From Deltaproteobacteria bacterium (GTDB lineage Bacteria > Myxococcota_A > UBA9160 > UBA6930): a stretch of 64,000 bases of DNA. The translations under genes were made by a program, and so were the position numbers. Shown in pieces: positions 55,134 to 62,901 of the stretch. The stretch is from positions 3,393 to 67,392 of the forward strand of contig JANNRF010000294.1 of the NCBI GenBank assembly GCA_031401135.1, in the 5' to 3' direction. Under the pieces are notes generated by a model that saw only the letters and a list, made by a program, of their open reading frames with translations, was not told where the DNA came from and ran no database searches. Every line of letters starts with the position of its first letter. The stretch's first letter is position 1.

Positions 55134-57305
55134 ATGAACTACAAAAGCGGGCTTCTTAATTTCGATCGCGGAGCTGCTGCGTTGCCCGACCGGATCGTGC
55201 AGGAAGAGCTGGAGCTGCTCGCGCGAGTGCGCGACACGCTCGCGAAAATGGGCGAGCCCGAGGTGCCTGACGAGAGCGGGCTCGTCGAAGATCTGCACGG
55301 CATCCGCGACCAACTGCTGCACGGCGCGCCGGATATCTACGACCAGTCTGCGCTGACCGTGCGCTTTCACGTCCAGAGTTCGGTGCTCGATCAGCTGCGC
55401 AAATCGCGGCAGGCGCCGCGCGTCGACCAAACCTCGCCGTACTTCGCGCACATGCGCCTGCGCGAGAACGGCCGCGTGCGCGATCTCTGCATCGGCAAGG
55501 CCACGCGGCTCGACAACGGCCTGCGCATCGTCGATTGGCGCAACGCGCCGATCGCGCAGCTCTTCTACCGCTACCAGCAGGGCGACGAGTACGAAGAAGA
55601 AATCAGCGGGCGCGTGCAGGCGGGGCGCGTCGAGGCGCGCCGAACCGTAACAATTCGTCGCGGCGAGCTGGAGCGCGTCGAGGCGCCCGAGGGCGTATTC
55701 GTCTCGGACGAGGGCGCGGACGAAGGCTGGCGCGTCTCGGCGAAATCGCTGCCGCGGCTCGCGGGCGGCGAAGGCGCCGCGCTGCGCGTGCTCGAAGGCG
55801 ACGGCGGCGCGCGGCGGCTCGGCACCGACCCGAGTGGGCGCGCGCTGCGCGCGGACAAGCGGCTGCCCGACATCGCGGGCCTGATCGACGCCGCGCAGTT
55901 CGACCTGATTACTCGTCCCTCCACGGGCCTCGTGGTAATTCGCGGCGCCGCGGGTTCGGGCAAAACCACTGTCGCGCTCCACCGCATCGCTTACCTCGCC
56001 TACGCGGACCCGGGCATCGATTCGAGCGCGACGCTGGTGGTCGTGTTCTCGCCGGGCCTGCGCGATTACGTGGGCCACGTGCTGCCCGCGCTCGGCGTGC
56101 GGCGCGTCGCGGTGCGCACCTTCCACCAGTGGTCGAGCGAGGTGCGGCGCCGACACTTCCCCGCGCTGCCGGGCCGCGTGCGCGAAGACACGCCTGCGCT
56201 CGTCGCACGGCTGAAGCTGCATCCCGCGCTGGAGCGCGCATTTACCCAACAAGTGGTGCGCGCGCCGGGCGAGCCTTCCCGCGCACGCGCCATCGACGAC
56301 TGGATCAGCGTGCTGACGGACCTCCCGTTCCTGCGCGAAGTGTTCGCCGCCGAAGCGCCCGACGCGTTTCGCCCGAGGCATTTGGAGGAGGCCGTCGCGC
56401 ATTGCCGCGCGCAGCTCGAAGCCGTGCAGGCCTGGCTCGCAGGCGACCGCGACGCCGAAGCCGAACTCGACCCCGAGGACGACGCGCTCTTGTTACGGGC
56501 CTGGCAGCTGCGCAACGGGCCGCTGCTCGAGGCGACTGGCGCCGAGCTTCAGTACCGCCACATCGCGATCGACGAAGTGCAGGATTTCTCGCCGCTCGAA
56601 GTGCGCGTGCTGATGGACTGCGTCGACGCCAGCCGCAGCGTGACGCTCGCTGGCGATACCCAACAGCACGTGATGCAGGCAGCAGGCTTCACCGACTGGT
56701 CGCAGTTCTTCCGCCACCTGGGCCTCGAAGCCGCCCACGTCGATACGCTGCAGATCAGCTACCGCTCCTCGGCCGAGATCACGCGCTTCGCCATGGAACT
56801 GCTCGGCCCGCTGCGCGAGCGCGATCTCGCCCTAATGACCACGCGCTCCGGCCCGCCCGTCGAGATCTTCCATTACACCGAGCACGGCGCCTGCCTGGCT
56901 GCGCTCGCCGACGCGCTGAACGCGCTCGCCAGCGCCGAGCCGCTCGCCTCGGTCGCAGTGCTGACGCCCTCGCGCGAACTCTCCGAGACCTACTACCGCG
57001 GCCTCGCCCAGAGCGACGTGCCGCGGCTGCGTTGGGTGCAGCGGCAGAACTTCGCGTTCACGCCCGGCGTCGAGGTGACGGAGATCGAGCAGGTGAAGGG
57101 CCTCGAGTACGACTACGTCGTGCTCGTCGGCTGCGACGCCGCGCACTACCCGCCAGACTCGAAATCGCGCCGCTTGCTGCACGTCGGCGCCACGCGCGCG
57201 GTGCACCAATTATGGGTGACGTGCGTGGGCGAGCCGAGCCGCGTGATCGAGGAAGCGGTGCGCGCGAGCGCGCTGGGCGGCGCGGAACTCACGAGCGAAG
57301 CCTGA
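55134..57305 (+). CDS. helD: HelD-like UvrD/Rep superfamily 1 helicase (RNA-polymerase-associated helicase IV type)
   Basis: ORF 54792..57305 trimmed to ATG 55134. HelD-type N-terminal region: SPYFAHMRLRENGRVRDLCIGKATR...IVDWRNAPIAQLFY. Walker A: GAAGSGKTTVALHR. Also IAIDEVQDFSPLE and KGLEYDYVVLV. Confidence 0.85.
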   Translation: MNYKSGLLNFDRGAAALPDRIVQEELELLARVRDTLAKMGEPEVPDESGLVEDLHGIRDQLLHGAPDIYDQSALTVRFHVQSSVLDQLRKSRQAPRVDQTSPYFAHMRLRENGRVRDLCIGKATRLDNGLRIVDWRNAPIAQLFYRYQQGDEYEEEISGRVQAGRVEARRTVTIRRGELERVEAPEGVFVSDEGADEGWRVSAKSLPRLAGGEGAALRVLEGDGGARRLGTDPSGRALRADKRLPDIAGLIDAAQFDLITRPSTGLVVIRGAAGSGKTTVALHRIAYLAYADPGIDSSATLVVVFSPGLRDYVGHVLPALGVRRVAVRTFHQWSSEVRRRHFPALPGRVREDTPALVARLKLHPALERAFTQQVVRAPGEPSRARAIDDWISVLTDLPFLREVFAAEAPDAFRPRHLEEAVAHCRAQLEAVQAWLAGDRDAEAELDPEDDALLLRAWQLRNGPLLEATGAELQYRHIAIDEVQDFSPLEVRVLMDCVDASRSVTLAGDTQQHVMQAAGFTDWSQFFRHLGLEAAHVDTLQISYRSSAEITRFAMELLGPLRERDLALMTTRSGPPVEIFHYTEHGACLAALADALNALASAEPLASVAVLTPSRELSETYYRGLAQSDVPRLRWVQRQNFAFTPGVEVTEIEQVKGLEYDYVVLVGCDAAHYPPDSKSRRLLHVGATRAVHQLWVTCVGEPSRVIEEAVRASALGGAELTSEA

Positions 57306-57338
57306 ACCACGCGCTCGGCGTGTCCGCCGAGGAAGCGC

Positions 57339-57542
57339 TTACTTCCGCCGCACGGCCTTGCGTGCGGGGCGCTTCGCTTCGGGCGTCGTGAGTCCGCGTC
57401 CAGCGTCCAGCTTCGCTTGCGCTGCGCGGATGTCTGCGATCAGCGCCAGCGTCTCGCGGTCACCGCGGAGGACAGCCTGCGCGTGAAGGCGCTTCGCGTA
57501 GGGATTCCGTTTCGCCTTCGAGAAGTCGTAGCTCTTCTTCAT
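57339..57542 (-). CDS. brnA: BrnA-type antitoxin
   Basis: 67 aa. MKKSYDFSKAKRNPYAKRL... is the BrnA N-terminal signature as I recall it. 4-bp overlap with the upstream brnT stop. Confidence 0.75.
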   Translation of the reverse strand: MKKSYDFSKAKRNPYAKRLHAQAVLRGDRETLALIADIRAAQAKLDAGRGLTTPEAKRPARKAVRRK

Positions 57543-57835
57543 ATCGACCAGCGGCGCTCGTAGTCCGCTTTCTCGGATCGGGTGGCTCTTCGCGCGGAGA
57601 TGATCCGGATGACCGCGCTGTCCGAACGATAACGGTGGCAGACGACGAGCGTGCGATGGATCGCGCTCGCCCCCACCAACACGAATCTCTCCTCGCCTTT
57701 TGTGTGCTCATCGTCTGGCGTGAGCAGCGCGTGAACGTCGAAGAAGGCGGTCCCCGCTTCTTCGAAACGAACGCCGTGCTTGCGAGCGTTCTCGATGTTC
57801 TTGAGCTCGTCCCATTCAAAGCGAAGCTCGCCCAC
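57539..57835 (-). CDS. brnT: BrnT (DUF497) ribonuclease toxin
   Basis: 98 aa, GTG start. Sequence: FEWDELKNIENARKHGVRFEEAGTAFFD...DEHTKGEERFVLVG...VVCHRYRSDSAVIRIISARRAT. Confidence 0.85.
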   Translation of the reverse strand: MGELRFEWDELKNIENARKHGVRFEEAGTAFFDVHALLTPDDEHTKGEERFVLVGASAIHRTLVVCHRYRSDSAVIRIISARRATRSEKADYERRWSI

Positions 57836-57985
57836 ACGGATCCCTGCCAGTTCCGGGCGACCGTATGTGCGGGAGCTGAAGGGCTCTACCGCAGATTGCA
57901 GGGAACAGCGCCGGAAGGCGTCAATCGAGTGGGACGCGGCGTGCGTGCCGCCGCCGATGCGATCTCGGCGGTGACGATTGCGCTC

Positions 57986-60166
57986 CTACGCGCCCACCTC
58001 CAGCACCTCGCGCTCGTACGTCGCGACATCAGCGAACGGCGTGAGCGCATCGGCGCGCGCGGGATCGGCGGCGGCGAGCGGGATCGCGCCGCTGCGCTCT
58101 ACGAGCTGCGCGACGAACGCGCGCAGGGCTGAGAGCGGATCGGGTGCGCTGGCGAGCTTGTGCGGGTCGAAGCGATCGCTGCGCAGGCGCACGCAGCGCA
58201 GCTCGCCGCCCGCGAGCGAGCGCCAGCCCAATAACAAGTCGATCACGAGCACGGGCTTGGCCGTGAGGCCGCGCACCGCCGCCAGCGCAACGGCGTCGAT
58301 CTTCGCGAAGGCGAGCTGTGCCTTGCGGCCGCCGTCGAGCGCGAGCGCAACGCCAGCCTCAGTGAGCGCGAGCGGCGTCGCCTCCATGAGCTTCAGCGAT
58401 GCGAAGCGCGGCGCGGGCGTAATCAGCGAGTCCGAGTCGAGGATCTTCAGCGCATCCCAGTCGTCGCCGGGCGCCGCGATCTCGGGTGCGCTCTCCGGCT
58501 CGGGCTCCATAAGGCCGGGCTCGGGTTCCACGAGTTCTGGCTCGGGTTCGGTCAACTCGGGCCCTCGATCGGGCTCCGGTTCGTGCGGTGTTTCTTCCGC
58601 TTCGAAATCCCTCGCAGTGTGATCCCAAGCCGGCGTGGCTTCGCCGCCCGCGAGTTCGATTCCGCTGGGCGCGCCCGGCGCGGGGTCTGGGGCCTCCGCT
58701 TCGAGCGCGTTCGCGAGGGTGCTTAGGCGCTCGCGCATCGCTTCGGGCAAATCCGTTTGCGCAAGCCGGCGCGCGAGCTGCTTCGCGACGAGCGTGTCGA
58801 GTTCGCGCGCTTGGTCGACGACGCGTTGTGCGAGCGAGGGCGCGAGCGGGCCGCGCTGCGGCTGGGCGAGCCAGCGCAGCGCGCCGAGAGCGAGCTCGCG
58901 ATCGAGCTCGCGCAGATGCGGCACGAGGCGCGCGACGAAGCCCGCGTCGAAGCCATAATCAGGCAGCGCGCCGCGCACTTCCACGAAGCGCTGCGCCGCG
59001 CGCAGGCCGTCCTTCGCGGAAAGTTCGCGCTGCGCGAGCGCAAGCACCGCGTGCGCGGCGTCGCCCGCGCAGCCCTGCGCGACGCACGCGTCCCAATAAG
59101 CGTCCACCGCGTCGGCGTCGCGCGGGCTCGCCTTCACGAGCGCCGCGAGCTTTTGGGTTGCGCCCGTCAGATCGCCCTGCTCGCGCAGCGCGAGCGCCTC
59201 GGCGACCGCGACGTTTCCCCGCACCGTGACTTTCGCTTCGAGCGCGCTCTCGAGGCGCTCGTCGAGCCGCGCGGCCTTGATGCCAAGCGCCAGCGCGGCG
59301 CCGAACAGAAAACCGCCGATGTGCGCCTCGTTCGCGACGCCGCCGCTTTGGCCGATCAGGCTCTTGATCCAGAGCTGGAGCAGCTCGTTCCCGAACCAGA
59401 GCGGCAACATCACCCAGGCGGGCGATTCGAAGGTGCCTTGCAAGAAACGAAAGCCGAAGAACAGGCAGTACCAAAGACGAATCTTGGTGGACCAGAGCCG
59501 CACCAGGAAGGCGCCGAGCACACCCGCGATCGCGCCCGACGCGCCAACCAGCGGAATGTTCGGATCCTTCGCAAGCGCCGCGAAGAAGAGACCCGACGCC
59601 AGCCCGGATGTTAGGTAGATCGCACCGAACAGCGGCCGGCCCCAGCGATCTTCGAGCGCCGGCGCCGCCATGAAGAACAAGAACAAGTTGCCAAGCAGGT
59701 GCAGCCAGCCGGCGTGCATGAACATGTGCGTGAGCAGCGTGCGCGCCCCGATCGAGCCGGGCCGGAGGCCGTAAGAGAGATAGGGATGCGCAGCCTCCGC
59801 TGCGCTCAGTTCGGCGAGCGCGGCGGCGATCTGCGCGTCGAGTTGCGCCTGCTCCGTGCCAACGTCGAGCCGGCTGACTTCGATCGGCGCCAGACTCGCG
59901 AGTTCTTGGAGTTTCTGAATCTCGCCGCGCTGGGAAGGCTCGAGTTTGGAAACCACGCGCGGATCGAGCCGCAAGTAGGGCTGTTCGATCCAGCGCTCGA
60001 GCGCCTCGGCGAGCCGCGTGCGCGCCGTTTCGCCGCGCTGTTCGGCCTCGCCGACCGAGCCGTTGGTCGCGAGCAGCGCGAGCAGGCACACGGCCATGAT
60101 CGTGAACGTCACCCAGGGCAGGCGACGCACGGCAGAATCCTGATGACCGATCGGGAGGAGAATCAC
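57986..60166 (-). CDS. Rhomboid family intramembrane serine protease with a C-terminal soluble extension of more than 400 aa
   Basis: 726 aa, GTG start. Rhomboid core: HMFMHAGWLHLLGNLFLFF...GASGAIAGVLGAFL...AHIGGFLFG. This is followed by a helical/TPR-like region, a Pro/Glu-rich linker (EPEPELVEPEPGLMEPEPES) and an unassigned C-terminal domain. Confidence 0.88.
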   Translation of the reverse strand: MILLPIGHQDSAVRRLPWVTFTIMAVCLLALLATNGSVGEAEQRGETARTRLAEALERWIEQPYLRLDPRVVSKLEPSQRGEIQKLQELASLAPIEVSRLDVGTEQAQLDAQIAAALAELSAAEAAHPYLSYGLRPGSIGARTLLTHMFMHAGWLHLLGNLFLFFMAAPALEDRWGRPLFGAIYLTSGLASGLFFAALAKDPNIPLVGASGAIAGVLGAFLVRLWSTKIRLWYCLFFGFRFLQGTFESPAWVMLPLWFGNELLQLWIKSLIGQSGGVANEAHIGGFLFGAALALGIKAARLDERLESALEAKVTVRGNVAVAEALALREQGDLTGATQKLAALVKASPRDADAVDAYWDACVAQGCAGDAAHAVLALAQRELSAKDGLRAAQRFVEVRGALPDYGFDAGFVARLVPHLRELDRELALGALRWLAQPQRGPLAPSLAQRVVDQARELDTLVAKQLARRLAQTDLPEAMRERLSTLANALEAEAPDPAPGAPSGIELAGGEATPAWDHTARDFEAEETPHEPEPDRGPELTEPEPELVEPEPGLMEPEPESAPEIAAPGDDWDALKILDSDSLITPAPRFASLKLMEATPLALTEAGVALALDGGRKAQLAFAKIDAVALAAVRGLTAKPVLVIDLLLGWRSLAGGELRCVRLRSDRFDPHKLASAPDPLSALRAFVAQLVERSGAIPLAAADPARADALTPFADVATYEREVLEVGA

Positions 60167-60240
60167 CGCAGCCGAATCGGCGGAACGACGGGGGCGGTGA
60201 AGGACTAGAGGAGGGGCGCTGTGCGCGGCGAGCCGCGTGC

Positions 60241-60876
60241 TCAGCCGCCGAGCTTGGATCGCTCTCCGAGCTGCGCAATCGAGCGCGTGAGGTTTTCGCG
60301 GGCGCGGGCTTCGCGCTCGGCGCGAACGCGCGGCGTTGCGTAGATGTTGGGGCGCTCGAGGAACGAGCGCAGCACGCGGATGCGGCCGCTGCGGAAGCCG
60401 TCTTCTGGCACCCAGCTGTACTCGAAGCGCACTTGCGTTTCGTACTCGTCGAAGCGCGCGGGCGCGGCACCGAGAATGCCGAGGTCGATGTCAACGAGCA
60501 GGCTCGCGTCGGCGCCGCTCGGGACGCCGTCATGCTTGGTGACCAGCACGAGTTCGCGCACGCGCGCCGCGAGATCGTGCGCGAGCCCCGCTTCGCGCGC
60601 GCTGCGCTCGGCCCAGTCCGCTGAGAGCGCCTCGTTGTCGCTGCGCTTCGTGTCGTAGATCGCGTCGTGGAACCAGAGGCCGAGCGCAACCTCCGCGGGG
60701 CGCTCGCACGTGTTCCCCAACAAGTCGAGCGCGGCGAAACATTCTTCGAGGTGCTGGAGCGTGTGGTAGGCGCGGCGCGGCTCGCGGTAGCGCGCGAGCA
60801 GTTCTTCCAGCAGCGCACGCGGAGGTACGGCGCCGAGTGCGCGCCAGCACGCTTCCCAGCGCGCGAGCGGCGTCAC
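60241..60876 (-). CDS. HD-superfamily metal-dependent phosphohydrolase-like protein (COG4339-like)
   Basis: 211 aa, GTG start (GTGA overlap with the upstream stop). Sequence: RRAYHTLQHLEECF...ALGLWFHDAIYDTKRSDNEALSA. Confidence 0.7.
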   Translation of the reverse strand: MTPLARWEACWRALGAVPPRALLEELLARYREPRRAYHTLQHLEECFAALDLLGNTCERPAEVALGLWFHDAIYDTKRSDNEALSADWAERSAREAGLAHDLAARVRELVLVTKHDGVPSGADASLLVDIDLGILGAAPARFDEYETQVRFEYSWVPEDGFRSGRIRVLRSFLERPNIYATPRVRAEREARARENLTRSIAQLGERSKLGG

Positions 60877-61295
60877 GCCGGAATCCAGCCTAACAGCAAG
60901 CCCGCGCCGACTGCGGTGCAGACGGCGCCGAGACCGCCGAGCACGAGCACGAGGCCCCAGAGCGAGAAGAACTCGTCGATTTCCGCGTCGTTCGGCGCGT
61001 CGGCGCGAAACCGAACGCGCACAGGCTCGCCTTCCTTCAGGCTCGGCCGCTCGCTGCCGGCGCCGGACTCGAACGTGATCGCGTGCCCCGCCGCGGTTTG
61101 GAACTTCACGCGCGCGAAGTAGCTCGGTTCGAGCCCGTCGCGCCGCTCCGCGAAGCCGACGACGGTGCCGGAGGCAAGCGCCGAGCCCGCGATGGACTCG
61201 CGCCGCCGCGCGAACTGGCGGCCCGCTGCGATCAGCAGCGCGATGCCAGTGCCGAGGAACACGAGCGAGAGTGCGACGAACGTGGCGCGGTTCAT
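60873..61295 (-). CDS. DUF3592-like membrane protein
   Basis: C-terminal 140 aa of ORF 60873..61901, from ATG 61293-61295. One N-terminal and one C-terminal TM helix flank a beta-rich core (GTVVGFAERRDG...YFARVKFQTAAGHAITFES). Confidence 0.6.
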   Translation of the reverse strand: MNRATFVALSLVFLGTGIALLIAAGRQFARRRESIAGSALASGTVVGFAERRDGLEPSYFARVKFQTAAGHAITFESGAGSERPSLKEGEPVRVRFRADAPNDAEIDEFFSLWGLVLVLGGLGAVCTAVGAGLLLGWIPA

Positions 61296-61369
61296 GGGCT
61301 CCTCGAATCGCCTCCCGCGCGTTCCTGCTCGAGTGCCTTCAAGCGCTGCGCGCGGCGAGACGCCGCTTG

Positions 61370-61879
61370 CTAGAGCGTCTTCTCGTACCAACCCACGTCC
61401 CAATAACGCCCGAACTTGCGGCCCACCTCGTTGTACACGCCCACACGCGTGAAGTCGAAGCGCTCGTGCATGCGCAGCGAGGCGTCGTTGGGCAGCGTGA
61501 TGCCCGCGAGCGCGCGGTGCACGTCTTCGCCGCGCAGAGCAGCGAACAACGCCTGATACATGCGCGGCCCGACGCCGCGCGCGCGCTCGTCCGGCGCGAC
61601 GTAGATGGTGACCTCGACGCTCGTCTCGTACGCCGCCTTCGGCCGGTATTGCATCGAGCCGGCGTACCCAACAACTTGCCCGGCGCGCTCGGCCACGAAC
61701 AACTGATGGCGCCCGCTCGCAGCGAACTGCGCGAACCACGGCTCGCGCTCTTCCACCGCGTACCGCTTCAGGTCGAAGGTGATCGCCGTGGTCTCGATGT
61801 AGTGGTTGTAGATCTCGGTGATGCGCGCGAGATCGCGGCGCTCGGCGCGGCGCACAGTGGGTTCGGATGCGCTCGTCAT
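61370..61879 (-). CDS. GNAT N-acetyltransferase (phosphinothricin-acetyltransferase-like)
   Basis: C-terminal 169 aa of ORF 61370..62332, from ATG 61877-61879. Sequence: IYNHYIETTAITFD...QVVGYAGSMQYRPKAAY...ARGVGPRMYQALF...NDASLRMHERFDF. Confidence 0.85.
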   Translation of the reverse strand: MTSASEPTVRRAERRDLARITEIYNHYIETTAITFDLKRYAVEEREPWFAQFAASGRHQLFVAERAGQVVGYAGSMQYRPKAAYETSVEVTIYVAPDERARGVGPRMYQALFAALRGEDVHRALAGITLPNDASLRMHERFDFTRVGVYNEVGRKFGRYWDVGWYEKTL

Positions 61880-61994
61880 GCTGCACTCCTCGGTTGCCCA
61901 ATCTTCGCGTGCACGCGCGCCGGGGGCGAGTGCGGCTTTGGCTCCGCCGCGCCGCGAAGCCGGACGATGAAGCGGCGGGATTGTTGGGGGCCCC

Positions 61995-62867
61995 GTGACG
62001 ACCTGCCCGAAATGCGGCTTCGAGGCCGAAGACTCCAGCGAGTGCGCGCGCTGCGGCGTCGTGTACGCGCGCTGGCGCGCCCCCGCTGTGGAGGAAGCCC
62101 CGCTCCCCGTCATAGAGGAAGCCGAAGAGCCCGCAGTTGTTGGGTGCGAGCGCAGCGAGCCGGCCCCGCCGCGCATTGATCGGCTCGGCTGGGCCGCTTT
62201 CGGCGGGGGCCTCGCGGTGGCCCTAATCGCGCTCCAGTTTCCGTTGGCCGAGGCCGCGCTCTCCGGCATGAAGACGCTCGTCCACGAGATGGGGCACGCC
62301 GCCTTTGGCTGGCTGTTCGGATACCCGTCCATCCCCGCGTTCGACTTCAGCTACGGCGGCGGCGTCACGCTTCAGCATGAACGCAGCGCTCTGCTCTGCG
62401 CACTCGTGCTCGGCGCCGCGGCGTACGGCGCGTTCGCGCTGCGCGCGCACGCTGTGCTCCGTAACAGCTTGCTCGCGTTCCTCGCGCTCTACGCGCCACT
62501 CGCCCTGACGCGCGGGCACGAGGTCGTGATCCTCGCGATGGGGCACGGCGGCGAACTTTGCTTCGCCACGCTCGCGTTCCACCGCGCGCTCTCCGGCCGC
62601 GGCTGCACGCTCGCCGCGGAGCGCCCGCTGTATGGCCTGCTCGGCTGGTTCCTCGTGCTCGGGGATGGTGTGTTCGCGTGGCGGCTGCGCACCAGCGCCT
62701 CTCACCGCGAGTTATACGAGGCCGCAAAGGGCGGCGGGCACTGGATGGACTTCTCACGGCTCGCCGAGGAATTTCTCCAAGTTCCGCTCGAAAGCGTTGC
62801 GACTGGTTTCCTCGCGCTCTGCCTCGCGCCTCCCGTGCTCGCGCTCCAGCGCTTGCGCCGCGACTGA
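61995..62867 (+). CDS. Membrane metalloprotease-like protein (HExxH, M50B-like) with N-terminal zinc ribbon
   Basis: 290 aa, GTG start. N-terminal CPKCG...CARCG zinc ribbon. HEMGHAAFGW lies in a TM context, followed by further TM helices. Confidence 0.6.
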   Translation: MTTCPKCGFEAEDSSECARCGVVYARWRAPAVEEAPLPVIEEAEEPAVVGCERSEPAPPRIDRLGWAAFGGGLAVALIALQFPLAEAALSGMKTLVHEMGHAAFGWLFGYPSIPAFDFSYGGGVTLQHERSALLCALVLGAAAYGAFALRAHAVLRNSLLAFLALYAPLALTRGHEVVILAMGHGGELCFATLAFHRALSGRGCTLAAERPLYGLLGWFLVLGDGVFAWRLRTSASHRELYEAAKGGGHWMDFSRLAEEFLQVPLESVATGFLALCLAPPVLALQRLRRD

Positions 62868-62901
62868 CGCGCGCGCAGAAGCGCGGCAAACTGGGCGATC
62901 C

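Noticed and set aside
52585-57305. Gabija-like defence system (ATPase plus UvrD-like helicase).
   Set aside because: The genes are divergent rather than co-directional. The ATPase has no OLD/TOPRIM nuclease features. The helicase has a HelD-specific N-terminal domain.
58494-58583. Short tandem-like nucleotide repeats (GGCTCGGGTTC variants) that could be mistaken for a repeat array or CRISPR.
   Set aside because: The repeats are about 11-12 nt, imperfect and without spacers. They encode the Pro/Glu-rich linker of the rhomboid protein.
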